NCBI GenBank assembly: GCA_020846295.1
Contig: JADLEF010000371.1
Coordinates: 4,959 to 68,958, forward strand
Direction: 5' to 3'
Length of the DNA stretch: 64,000 bases
DNA from: Acidimicrobiales bacterium
Lineage (GTDB): Bacteria > Actinomycetota > Acidimicrobiia > Acidimicrobiales > CAIXPF01
The notes under the pieces: model-generated
Database searches by the model: none
Seen by the model: the letters and a program-made list of their open reading frames with translations, nothing else
What the model was told of the DNA's origin: nothing
Made by a program: the position numbers and the translations under genes
Shown here: piece after piece, positions 1-8,107 of the stretch
Position numbering within the stretch: the stretch's first letter is position 1
Layout of the letters: every line of letters begins with the position of its first letter

Positions 1-1
1 G

Positions 2-721
2 CACGAGTTCTCCGAGCAGATCCACCAGCTCGACCACGTGCTCACCGATGGCTGGCAGACGACGAGCAGCCCGCGGACGGGCAACCCGATCTACGAGTGC
101 CCCGCCGTGCTCGTGCTGTACCGCAAGGACCGGGCGTTCTCCCTCGACGGGATCATCCCGCGCAACATCGGTGCCCCGCAGGACATCGCCTACGACCTCG
201 GGCTCGCCGCCCAGCCGTACCGCTCCCGCACCGCGGCCGAGGCGAAGGTGCGCACCGTGCTGGCCCCGCTGGCCCGTGCGCTCGCGCCGGGCGGCCGACT
301 GGTCGTGGTGCAGTCCACCGGCCACGATCCGGGCATGGAGATCATCCGGCGGATCTGGCCCGACGAGGACCCGTTCGCCACGCCGCGCCACATGCTCATC
401 ACCGAGCTCGAGCGCGAGCTCAACGGGCCGGGCGGTACCGGCACGCCGCCGGGCTATCGCTTCGAGGGCACCAGCGACGCCGGCGCGTTGTTCACCTACC
501 ACCTCCACGCCATGCCCAACGAGGTCGGCTCGCGCATCAGCACCTCGACCGCGCTGGCCGCCTGGAACGCGGCGGTGTACGTGGCGCAGATCGAGGACGA
601 GCGAATCGCCTCGGTGCTCAGCTCCCCCCACTACCTCGACGCCACCGTCGAGGTGGTGCGCAAGCACGGCGGGCTGTGGTTCCAGGACGAGAGCTTCGTG
701 GTGGTGCGCAACCATGGATGA
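2..721 (+). CDS. Conserved hypothetical protein, 3' part (possible SAM-dependent methyltransferase-like fold)
   Basis: The frame is open from the window edge to TGA 719-721, with strong GC3 bias and non-shadow amino-acid composition. LAPGGRLVVVQSTG resembles a Rossmann strand-loop. The function is not firmly recognised. Confidence 0.55.
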   Translation, partial: HEFSEQIHQLDHVLTDGWQTTSSPRTGNPIYECPAVLVLYRKDRAFSLDGIIPRNIGAPQDIAYDLGLAAQPYRSRTAAEAKVRTVLAPLARALAPGGRLVVVQSTGHDPGMEIIRRIWPDEDPFATPRHMLITELERELNGPGGTGTPPGYRFEGTSDAGALFTYHLHAMPNEVGSRISTSTALAAWNAAVYVAQIEDERIASVLSSPHYLDATVEVVRKHGGLWFQDESFVVVRNHG

Positions 722-1574
722 CGCCCTGGTGGATGCCGCACTGCGCGCCCTGGTGGCGGGCGCCCGCTTCGAGATCATCCCCATGAAGGGCGCCGCGGAG
801 GCGCTGGCCGCACTGCCCGTCGGAGCCGCCGTCTCGGTGACGTGCTCGCCGGTCAAGGGGGTGGACGCCACCCTCGACCTGGTGGCCGAGGTCATCGCCG
901 CCGGGCATTGCGCCATGCCGCACCTCGCCGCCCGCATGGTCGACGGCCCCGCCCACGTGGCGCGCATCGCCGAGCGGTTGCGGCGGCTGGATGTGCGCGA
1001 GGTGTTCGTCATCGCCGGGGACGCGCCCCATCCGGCCGGGCCCTACGAAGGCTCCTACCCGTTCCTCGAGGACCTGCTGGCGGCCGCGCCGGAGCTTCGT
1101 CACGTCGGCATCGCCGCCTACCCGGACCGCCACCCGTTCATCGACGACGACACGCTGCGGCACGAACTGCGCCGCAAGGCCGCGCTGCTGGCGGCCGCCG
1201 GGCTGGACGCCCATGCCACCACCCAGATGTGCTTCAACCCGGCCACCACCCGCAACTGGTTGGCGAGCATCCGGCGCGACGGGTTGGACCTCCCGGTGCA
1301 CCTCGGCGTGCCGGGTGCGGTGGATCGGGCCAAGCTCATCAGCCTCGGTGTCCGGCTCGGGGTCGGCTCGTCGCTGCGGTACCTCCGGAAGAATGCCGGC
1401 GTGCTGAAGATGATGGGCCCCACCCACTACGAGCCCGACCACCTGCTGGAGCCGCTGGCCGACGAGCTGGCCGGCTTCGGGGTCGAGGGGCTGCACCTGT
1501 TCACGTTCAACCAGGTGGCCCGGACCGCAGCGTGGCAGGCCCGGTTCGCGGACCGCCCGGCGCGCTCGCGGTGA
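714..1574 (+). CDS. metF: Methylenetetrahydrofolate reductase-like protein (MTHFR family)
   Basis: The product MDDALVDAALRAL...FEIIPMKG...VFVIAGD...QMCFNP...LHLFTFN has the MTHFR-family look. ATG 714 overlaps the upstream stop (ATGGATGA). Confidence 0.7.
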   Translation: MDDALVDAALRALVAGARFEIIPMKGAAEALAALPVGAAVSVTCSPVKGVDATLDLVAEVIAAGHCAMPHLAARMVDGPAHVARIAERLRRLDVREVFVIAGDAPHPAGPYEGSYPFLEDLLAAAPELRHVGIAAYPDRHPFIDDDTLRHELRRKAALLAAAGLDAHATTQMCFNPATTRNWLASIRRDGLDLPVHLGVPGAVDRAKLISLGVRLGVGSSLRYLRKNAGVLKMMGPTHYEPDHLLEPLADELAGFGVEGLHLFTFNQVARTAAWQARFADRPARSR

Positions 1575-1610
1575 CCGGCCGGGGCGCCATCGGTCTGCCA
1601 GGATGCCGGG

Positions 1611-2510
1611 GTGCGAACGCCCGGACCGATCCCGCCGATCCCGCCGCTGGTGCTGCCCGACCGGGTGCTGGACCGCTGGCCCGCGATCATGGGCGTGGTC
1701 AACGCCAGTCCGGAGTCCTTCTCCGACGGGGGTGAGCTCGTCGGCGTCGACGCGCAGGTCGCCCAGGCCGAGCGCCTCGTCGAGGCCGGCGCCGCCATCA
1801 TCGACGTCTGCGGCGAGTCGGGGGTCACCAACCGTGCGGCCCTCGACGCCGGCGAGGAGATCGACCGGGTGCTGCCGTTGGTGCGCCGCCTGGTGGCGAA
1901 GGGCATCGTCGTGTCGGTCGACACCTGGAAGGTGCCGGTGGCGCGCGCCGTGCTCGACGCCGGGGCACAGATCCTCAACGACGTGAGCGGCCTGCGCGAT
2001 CCCGGACTGGCCTCCGCGTGCGCCGAGACGGGGGCGGCGCTGGTGATCATGCACACCCGGGCCGAGCCGAAGAAGAAGGAGTTCCCCGCCTACGACGACG
2101 TGGTGGCCGACGTGGTCGGCTTCCTGGGCGAGAAGCTGGCGCTCGCTGCGGAGCTCGGGGTGCCGGCCGATCGCATCGTGCTCGACCCGGGCCCGGACTT
2201 CGCCAAGACCCCGGCGCAGACCATCACCGTGCTGCGCCACCTCGACCAGGTGGTGGCCCTGGGCCGTCCGGTCCTGCTCGCCATCTCACGGAAGGACTTC
2301 ATCGGCGCCCTGACCGAGCGGCGGCCCCGCGCCCGCGACGCCGGCACATTGGCTGCGGTCGGCGCCGGGCTCGACGCAGGCGGCGCGATCGTGCGGGTGC
2401 ACGACGTGGCGGCCGTGCAGGACTACCTGACGGTGCGGGCTGCGCTGCGCGGCGAGCTCGACGTGCCGGACGACCTGACGCTGGCGGAGTCGCTGCGGCG
2501 GGAGGTGTGA
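1611..2510 (+). CDS. folP: Dihydropteroate synthase
   Basis: The pterin-binding DHPS signatures are present: IMGVVNASPESFSDGG, VSVDTWK, ILNDVSG, LDPGPDFAKT, ISRKDFIG, VRVHDV. The GTG start at 1611 is tentative. Confidence 0.9.
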   Translation: MRTPGPIPPIPPLVLPDRVLDRWPAIMGVVNASPESFSDGGELVGVDAQVAQAERLVEAGAAIIDVCGESGVTNRAALDAGEEIDRVLPLVRRLVAKGIVVSVDTWKVPVARAVLDAGAQILNDVSGLRDPGLASACAETGAALVIMHTRAEPKKKEFPAYDDVVADVVGFLGEKLALAAELGVPADRIVLDPGPDFAKTPAQTITVLRHLDQVVALGRPVLLAISRKDFIGALTERRPRARDAGTLAAVGAGLDAGGAIVRVHDVAAVQDYLTVRAALRGELDVPDDLTLAESLRREV

Positions 2511-2514
2511 GCGC

Positions 2515-3117
2515 TCAGCTCGTGGCCTCGCCGCGACGGCGGTAGCGCACGAAGAGGTGGTCCTCGTCGACGAGCACATGGCGCAGCTCCCACGGTGTGG
2601 GGTCCGCCTGGTCCGGTCCGTGGGCCAGCCGGGCGCTGCCGCCGGCCACCAGCCGGGGGCTGATGGTGACGAGCACCTCGTCGGCGAGACCGGCCGCCAG
2701 CACCTGCCCGTTGAGCGACGGCCCTCCTTCGCACACCACGACCCGGCCGGGGTAGCGGGCGAGCAGGGCGGCGAGGCCGTCGGGCCCGTCCGGCTCCGGT
2801 CGCACGATGTGGGTGTTGGGCGCTCCGGCCGCCGGCGCACCGCCCAGATCCCCGTTGCGGCTCACCACCACCAGCTGCTTCGGTTCCCGTACCGGTCGGT
2901 ACTGCTCGGCCCGAACGGTGGCTGCGCCGACCACGATGACGTCCGCCGCGGCGCGCGCCAGGCGGAGCACCTCACGGTCGGTGTCGTTGCCGAGCGCACC
3001 GCTGACGCCGTCCAGCGCGGTGGCGCCGTCGACGGTGGCGACCATGGACACCACCACCCACGGCCGGTCCGGGGGTGCGGGGCCGATGCGGTAGAACGCC
3101 GGCAGGTCCTCGACCAT
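2515..3117 (-). CDS. RibD C-terminal domain / dihydrofolate-reductase-like reductase
   Basis: The 200-aa product MVEDLPAFY...VVVSMVATVDGA...VVGAATV...CEGGPSLNGQ has the RibD_C fold signature. The ATG was verified as cat at 3115-3117. The long N-terminal extension in the ORF track is Arg-rich shadow sequence. Confidence 0.8.
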   Translation of the reverse strand: MVEDLPAFYRIGPAPPDRPWVVVSMVATVDGATALDGVSGALGNDTDREVLRLARAAADVIVVGAATVRAEQYRPVREPKQLVVVSRNGDLGGAPAAGAPNTHIVRPEPDGPDGLAALLARYPGRVVVCEGGPSLNGQVLAAGLADEVLVTISPRLVAGGSARLAHGPDQADPTPWELRHVLVDEDHLFVRYRRRGEATS

Positions 3118-3128
3118 CGAACGTTCGA

Positions 3129-4043
3129 TCAGACCCGCACGCCGCGGGCGTTGACCGTCTCCATCGGCGGCCATTCGAGGAGGGGCACCGTGACGGTCGA
3201 CCCGTCGGCCCGGGCCAGCTCGACGGCCATCGATTCGGCGGGCAGGCCGGCGCGGTCGAGCACGACCTGCAGCACCTCGGTGGCCTGCACAGCCAGCGCG
3301 TCGAGCGGCTGGTGGCGGTGGCGGCGCACGCCGAGGTCGACCTGCACCACGGCGTCGAACCCGAACCGGTTGGCGATGTCGATGACCAGACCGGTCTCCA
3401 CGCCGTAGCCCTGCACGAACGGCACCGCCTCCAGCACCGAGCGGCGGCCCGCCATCTCGCCGGCCAGCGGTTGGCGCAACGTGGCCAGACCGGGGAAGAA
3501 CCGCGACAGCAACGGGCGGGCGACCAGTTCGGTGACCCGGCCGCCGCCGTGGCCGCTGGCCGCGGTGGGCCGGTCGTAGAAGCCCTTGACGAAGCCGATG
3601 GCGGGATCGTCGAGCAGTGGGGCGAGCAACCCGGTGACGTAGTCCGCCCGGAACGAGGTCACGTCTGCGTCGCACCAGACGATGAGGTCGCCGGTGGCGA
3701 CGGCGAGGCTGCGCCACAGCACGTTGCCCTTGCCCCGGCCGGCCCCGAGCTCGGGCAGGATCTTGTCCACGGCCACGACGCGTGCCCCGTGGGCGCCGGC
3801 CACCGCCGCGGTGGCATCGGTGGAACCGTCGTCGAGGACGACCAGCTCGTCGACCAGCGCAGGTCCGCTGCCGTCGGGTCCGGAGCCGGCCATCAGCTCG
3901 CCGGTGACGATGTCGATGATGGCGGCCAGGGTGGCCGCCTCGTTGCGGGCCGGCAGGCAGACCGACACCGTGCTGGTGCCCTTGCGCCGGGCGAGGACCT
4001 GCGGATCGAGCTCGGTCGGGGTGAAGAGGCGCACCTGGTTCAT
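3129..4043 (-). CDS. gpgS: Glucosyl-3-phosphoglycerate synthase (GT81)
   Basis: It matches mycobacterial GpgS by eye along its length: LPARNEA, LDDGSTD, GKGNVLWRS, GGGRVTELVARPLL, GYGVETGL, LGVRRHRHQPL. The ATG at 4041-4043 overlaps the stop of the upstream folB-folK gene. Confidence 0.9.
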   Translation of the reverse strand: MNQVRLFTPTELDPQVLARRKGTSTVSVCLPARNEAATLAAIIDIVTGELMAGSGPDGSGPALVDELVVLDDGSTDATAAVAGAHGARVVAVDKILPELGAGRGKGNVLWRSLAVATGDLIVWCDADVTSFRADYVTGLLAPLLDDPAIGFVKGFYDRPTAASGHGGGRVTELVARPLLSRFFPGLATLRQPLAGEMAGRRSVLEAVPFVQGYGVETGLVIDIANRFGFDAVVQVDLGVRRHRHQPLDALAVQATEVLQVVLDRAGLPAESMAVELARADGSTVTVPLLEWPPMETVNARGVRV

Positions 4044-4909
4044 GCGTCGAGGCCGTCCACCCGGCGGACGCCCGCGGTCGGCAACCGTTCGGCCCAGTCC
4101 TTGGACAGCCGCTCGGGCGCCAGGTCGGACAGCGGTTCGAGCACGAAGCGGCGTTCCCACATGCGCGGGTGCGGCAGCGTCAGCTCTGGGGCCTCGATGC
4201 GCACGTCCTCGTAGAGCAGCACGTCGATGTCGATGGTGCGCGGCCCCCAGCGGACCTGCCGCTCGCGTCCGCCGGCGGCCTCGGTGGCGAGGCAGTGCTC
4301 GAGGAGCTGGAAGGGGTCCAACGTGGTCTCGACCTCGGCCACCACGTTGAGGTAGGGCCCCTGGTTGTCGGGCCCGCCGACCGGATCGGTCTCGTACACG
4401 CCGGAGGTGGCGGTGACCCGCACCCCTCCACGGTCGGTCTGGTAGCCCAGTCGCTGCAACGCCCGGCGCAGGTGCTCCCGGCGGTCTCCGAGGTTGGATC
4501 CCATCGCCAGGTACGCGGTGGACCAGCGGGGGGCGCGGCGGTTGGCCTCGACCCGGCTGCGCCGGATGGTGACCGCACTGGAGCGGACGTCCTCCGGTAC
4601 CGGCACCTTGAGCTTGCGCACCGTGACCTCGATCGCCTCGACGCCCGGCAGCAGCAGGACCTCCTCGGCGATGCGGGTGGCGACGCGCTCGAGGAGCTGG
4701 TGCCGCTCGGTGGTGATGATCCGGTTGGCGATGGCGATGGGCTTGCCGTAGTCGACCGAGGCGTCGAGCTCATCGGTGGCGCCGGCAGCGCGCACGTCGA
4801 CGTCGAGCACGAGATCGACCTCGAACGGTTGGGCCCGCTGCTGCTCCTCCGCGAGCACGCCGATGGTGCCCACGGCGCGGATGGCGTCGAGCTTGATCTG
4901 ATCAGGCAT
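4040..4909 (-). CDS. folB-folK: Bifunctional dihydroneopterin aldolase / HPPK (FolB-FolK fusion)
   Basis: An N-terminal DHNA-like part (IKLDAIRAVGTIGVLAEEQ...FEVDLVLD) continues in frame into HPPK (AYLAMGSNLGDR, YETDPVGGPDNQ, IDIDVLLYED, LPHPRMWERRFVLEPL). The ATG was verified at 4907-4909. Confidence 0.88.
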   Translation of the reverse strand: MPDQIKLDAIRAVGTIGVLAEEQQRAQPFEVDLVLDVDVRAAGATDELDASVDYGKPIAIANRIITTERHQLLERVATRIAEEVLLLPGVEAIEVTVRKLKVPVPEDVRSSAVTIRRSRVEANRRAPRWSTAYLAMGSNLGDRREHLRRALQRLGYQTDRGGVRVTATSGVYETDPVGGPDNQGPYLNVVAEVETTLDPFQLLEHCLATEAAGGRERQVRWGPRTIDIDVLLYEDVRIEAPELTLPHPRMWERRFVLEPLSDLAPERLSKDWAERLPTAGVRRVDGLDA

Positions 4910-5104
4910 GTGCGAAGACCCCCGGGCGAGGCTATCCCACCGGCACGTACCGACCGGCGGTACGGCCGATCGCCGTTCGGCAGGGCCGCGGGCCGGTTCG
5001 GTGCCGGCGGGTCCGCAGCGATGTCGTGGCGCCCTACGATCGTCCGCGCCACCGCGCCGCGAGAAATCGAAGCCGTCGAGCGCCCGAAGGGAACCGGCCC
5101 CCGT

Positions 5105-5821
5105 ATGTCGTCCATCCGCTCCTCTCACCAACAGCACATCGCCGAGACGCACCGCTCCCAGCGCAGCGGTTGGTTGCGCGCCGCGGTCCTGGGCGCCAAC
5201 GACGGGTTGTTGTCGACGGCCAGCCTGGTGCTGGGCGTCGCCGCTGGGGACGCCACCCGGTCCGTGCTGTGGTTGAGCGGGCTGGCGTCGATGGCGGCGG
5301 GTGCGTTCTCGATGGCGGCGGGGGAGTACACCTCTGTGTCCTCCCAACGCGACGCGGAGGAGGCGGACCTGCGGGCGGAGGCGGCGGAGCTCGAGGCCAA
5401 CCCCGAGGCGGAGTTCAGGGAGCTGACCGAGATCTACCGCCGGCGGGGGTTGTCGCCGGCGCTGGCCCAGCAGGTGGCCGAGGAGCTGCACGAGGTCGAT
5501 GCCCTCGGCGCCCACGCCCGCGACGAGCTGGGGCTCGATCCGGAGGACCTCGCCGCGCCGATGCAGGCGGCGGGGGTGTCCTTCGCCAGCTTCGCCATCG
5601 GCGCGATCGTGCCGGTGCTCACCATCGGTCTGCTCCCGCAATCCAGCCGCAGCATCGTCACCGCGCTGGTGACGCTGGTCGCCCTCGGTGTGCTCGGCGC
5701 GGTGGCGGGACGCCTGGGCGGCGCGCCGACCCGCCGGGCCGCCATCCGGCTGATGGTGCTCGGGGCGGTGGCGATGGCGGTGACCTCGGGGATCGGCCGG
5801 CTGGTGGGTGTGGCCGTCTAG
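5105..5821 (+). CDS. VIT1/CCC1-family iron/manganese transporter
   Basis: GANDGLLSTASLVLGVA, GEYTSVSSQRD, an acidic helical middle region and C-terminal TM helices are present. An alternative in-frame ATG lies at 5021. Confidence 0.85.
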   Translation: MSSIRSSHQQHIAETHRSQRSGWLRAAVLGANDGLLSTASLVLGVAAGDATRSVLWLSGLASMAAGAFSMAAGEYTSVSSQRDAEEADLRAEAAELEANPEAEFRELTEIYRRRGLSPALAQQVAEELHEVDALGAHARDELGLDPEDLAAPMQAAGVSFASFAIGAIVPVLTIGLLPQSSRSIVTALVTLVALGVLGAVAGRLGGAPTRRAAIRLMVLGAVAMAVTSGIGRLVGVAV

Positions 5822-6050
5822 GACGGTCGGGGTCCAGGTCCGGCGCTGCTGGGGGACCCGGCGGCGCGGTGGTCTTCGCGGAGTCCCTCGTGGTCGACGC
5901 ACCCGCCCGCGGCTGGGCCTGTTCTCGTGCCGGACCGACCGATCGTTGCTGCGGCACGATACCGCACCATGGCCGTACCATACCGCATGGCATGGTGCGG
6001 CCGGCGAACGCAGGGGGAGCTCGGACCGGCGAGGGCGAATCGTCGCCGCT

Positions 6051-6078
6051 CACGGCGAATCGGCAGCGATTCGCCGTG
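6051..6078. repeat. Perfect 12-bp inverted repeat hairpin
   Basis: CACGGCGAATCG-gcag-CGATTCGCCGTG, read directly. It belongs to the CGAATCG/CGATTCG palindrome family also seen at 6394-6484 and 25271-25298. Confidence 0.9.
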
Positions 6079-6093
6079 GGGCCGGCGCTGGTT

Positions 6094-6186
6094 GTGTGCG
6101 GAAACTGCCACCGTCACGGAGCGTGCACCAGCGTGACCTGGGTGGTTGCGTCAGGCAACGGGCTGGAGGTGCAGGGTTCCGCACAC
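6094..6186. other. Candidate structured RNA (nested inverted repeats, three-way-junction-like)
   Basis: An outer helix GTGTGCGGAA (6094-6103) / TTCCGCACAC (6177-6186) encloses two hairpins: CCACC-GTCACG...CGTGAC-ctg-GGTGG (6108-6145) and GTTGC-gtcag-GCAAC (6145-6159). There is no credible ORF, the strand is unknown, and no known family was recognised. Confidence 0.3.
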
Positions 6187-6393
6187 CAGGGTCCCCGTGG
6201 GGCGCCCAGCGTCGCGCCCGCCGCCCATCGGGTCCCGTGGGGCGGGACGGTTGCAATACTGAGCAGTATGGTACGCAGCGTTCGTCACGTCGGGTGGCGA
6301 TGCACCGGGCCGCGGCCTGGTCCGCCCGCGGATAGGGCCGTGATGGCCGCGCACCGTGGCAGCGAGGCGCCACCGCCGGCCCTGACGTCGCGC

Positions 6394-6499
6394 CGAATCG
6401 GCGGCGATTCGTTGCGACAACCCGCCGAATCCACATCGATTCGGCCGGAGGCGGGGGCCGTCGCGCCGAAGCCACATCGATTCGTTGCGACGACCCGCC
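6394..6499. repeat. Cluster of CGAATC..GATTCG palindromes plus a 22-bp direct repeat
   Basis: Palindromes: CGAATCG-gcgg-CGATTCG (6394-6411), CCGAATC-cacatc-GATTCGG (6425-6444) and a degenerate copy at 6466-6484. The direct repeat CGATTCGTTGCGACrACCCGCC occurs at 6405-6426 and 6478-6499. Confidence 0.85.
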
Positions 6500-6567
6500 A
6501 CACCGGTTCGTCGCGACGGGCGGGGTGCGGATTCGGCGCGCCATCGCCGGCTGCGCTCGACCGGTGA

Positions 6568-7050
6568 TCAGCCGCCGTAGTTCATGCCGGTGGCGCGCAG
6601 CAGCAGCGGCGTCGCCCCCTCGTTGTTCACGCCGGCGTCCACCACCTCACCCACGAAGATGGTGTGGTCGCCGCGGGCGATGGTGTCGGTCACGCGGCAC
6701 TCGAACCAGTACGGAAGGTCGGCGATGAGCGGGTGGCCGAGCGTGGGCGAGGGCACGAACCGATAGCCGTTGGCCATGTCGCCCTCGACGGTGGTGGAGC
6801 GGAAGTAGGCCTTGCCGATGTCGAGCTGGTCCTCGGCCAGCACGTTGACGGCGAAGCTGCCGACCTTGCCGATCAGCGCGCAGCTGTGGCTGTCCGCCTT
6901 CACGCCGACCATCACCAACGGCGGCTCGAACGACGCCTGCGACAACCAGTTCACGCTGGCCGCGGTGACCTCGTCGCCGTCGCGGGCGGTGAGCACGTAG
7001 AGCCCGTAGTTGATGGCCCGAAGCGCCACCTTCTTGTGCGCTGCATCCAT
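6568..7050 (-). CDS. Flavin reductase-like FMN-binding protein
   Basis: The 160-aa product is typical of flavin reductase-like domain proteins: YGLYVLTARDGDE..AASVNWLSQASFEPPLVMVGV...FAVNVL...GDHTIFVGEV. Confidence 0.85.
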   Translation of the reverse strand: MDAAHKKVALRAINYGLYVLTARDGDEVTAASVNWLSQASFEPPLVMVGVKADSHSCALIGKVGSFAVNVLAEDQLDIGKAYFRSTTVEGDMANGYRFVPSPTLGHPLIADLPYWFECRVTDTIARGDHTIFVGEVVDAGVNNEGATPLLLRATGMNYGG

Positions 7051-7105
7051 GGCGGTTCCCCCTGCTGGCTACCCACCCGGCCAGGTGCCGGGTGCCGGCC
7101 GCCCA

Positions 7106-7405
7106 TCATGCCAGCAGGTCGCGGTATGCGGGGTTCTCGTCGATGAACTGTGCCACGAACCAGCACTGCGGTTCGACGGTGCGGCCCTGCGCCCGCAGCT
7201 CGTCGAGCACGCCGGCCACCAGCACCGCTCCGATGCCATGGCCTCGCAGGTCCATCCGGGTCTCGGTGTGCGGGATGGTCGTCACGTTGCCGTGTTCGTG
7301 GAAGGTGGCGATGGCGAGCAGTTCGTCGTCGCGACGCAGCTCGTAGCGCCCGTCGCCGTCGTTGCGGGTCAACGTCGCGCCGTCGGCGGGGTGGGGATGC
7401 GTCAT
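7106..7405 (-). CDS. Small GNAT-family N-acetyltransferase (YjdJ-type)
   Basis: The 99-aa product carries LRGHGIGAVLVAGVLDELRAQGRTVEPQCWFVAQFIDENPAYRDLL. The ATG was verified at 7403-7405. Confidence 0.8.
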   Translation of the reverse strand: MTHPHPADGATLTRNDGDGRYELRRDDELLAIATFHEHGNVTTIPHTETRMDLRGHGIGAVLVAGVLDELRAQGRTVEPQCWFVAQFIDENPAYRDLLA

Positions 7406-8088
7406 CGGGTTGCCTCCGGAGGGTTCGGTTCGATCGGGGTGGGCCAGCCCGGCTCGAGGACGTCGGCTCCGGTCAGCCCTGCGGCCTCTGGCGTGAGCCC
7501 GCATCCGGCGGCGAGCGCGGCGATCACCAGCTCGGAGACGACGGCGTCCTCGCCGGAGCGGTCCCGGGCGCCCTTGTCGAGCGTGATGGTCCACACGGCG
7601 GTGGTGCCGTCGCTGCGGGCGAGCGCGACGTGGGCGCGGTGCTCGCCCTTCTTCGGTCGATCCGAGACCAGCGCCGCCGTGGCCGCCACCCCGACCAGCG
7701 GGCGGTCCGGAGCCTCGCCGCCGGTCGCCGGCCCGGCGCCGGACCGGTCCGCGCCCTCCGCTGCGCCGGCCGCGCCCGCTGCGTCGGTCCCCTCCGGTGC
7801 AGCCGTGGCGTCCTCCGCGGCGGCGAGGGCGCGGGCCCGGCGCAGGCACGCCTCGGCCATGGCCACCGCGGTCACCGCCGACGCAGCGCCGGCCGGGGGA
7901 TCGCCGCCGAGCAGTGACCGCAGCGACGCCGCGGCGTAGGGCACCATGCCTTCGAGTATGGTGCGGCTGGCCCCGGGGACGGACAGCAGCCACTGCAGGG
8001 CGGCGACGCCGCCTCCGGTCACCGCCACCACCGCCCGCGTGGGGTCGTCGTGGATGGCGGCGATGCTCAACCGGTGCGGGACTGTCAC
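7402..8088 (-). CDS. CinA/PncC-like (nicotinamide-nucleotide amidase family) protein
   Basis: AVTGGGVAALQWLLSVPGASRTILEGMVPYAAASLRSLLG resembles the CinA C-terminal domain. It has an Ala/Gly-rich insertion. I chose the GTG start at 8086-8088 so that it does not overlap the upstream gene; this start is uncertain. Confidence 0.55.
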   Translation of the reverse strand: MTVPHRLSIAAIHDDPTRAVVAVTGGGVAALQWLLSVPGASRTILEGMVPYAAASLRSLLGGDPPAGAASAVTAVAMAEACLRRARALAAAEDATAAPEGTDAAGAAGAAEGADRSGAGPATGGEAPDRPLVGVAATAALVSDRPKKGEHRAHVALARSDGTTAVWTITLDKGARDRSGEDAVVSELVIAALAAGCGLTPEAAGLTGADVLEPGWPTPIEPNPPEATR

Positions 8089-8107
8089 GCGTGCGGGGTG
8101 TCGTCGC

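Noticed and set aside
618-2240. A 540-aa minus-strand ORF. Similar long ORFs include 12385-13890(-), 14211-15908(-), 15715-17241(-), 25812-27488(-), 27985-29736(-), 35978-37579(-), 46560-49004(+), 57478-59880(-) and 61074-62828(-).
   Set aside because: All are antisense or out of frame relative to genes with clear family signatures. All are dominated by Arg, Pro, Gly and Ala, and none has a motif I recognise.
5026-6567. A 513-aa plus-strand ORF that spans the whole repeat-rich spacer.
   Set aside because: Its first part is out of frame with the real VIT1 gene. Its remainder is Arg/Gly/Pro-rich and has no codon-position GC pattern like the neighbouring genes. The spacer is better explained as non-coding.
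5822-6567. A possible folate-related (ZTP or THF) or metal (yybP-ykoY) riboswitch, suggested by the neighbouring folate and VIT1 genes.
   Set aside because: I could not find the conserved cores of these riboswitches as I remember them. The region lies downstream of both flanking genes, which are convergent, so it cannot be a 5' leader of either. I keep it only as an unclassified structured element.
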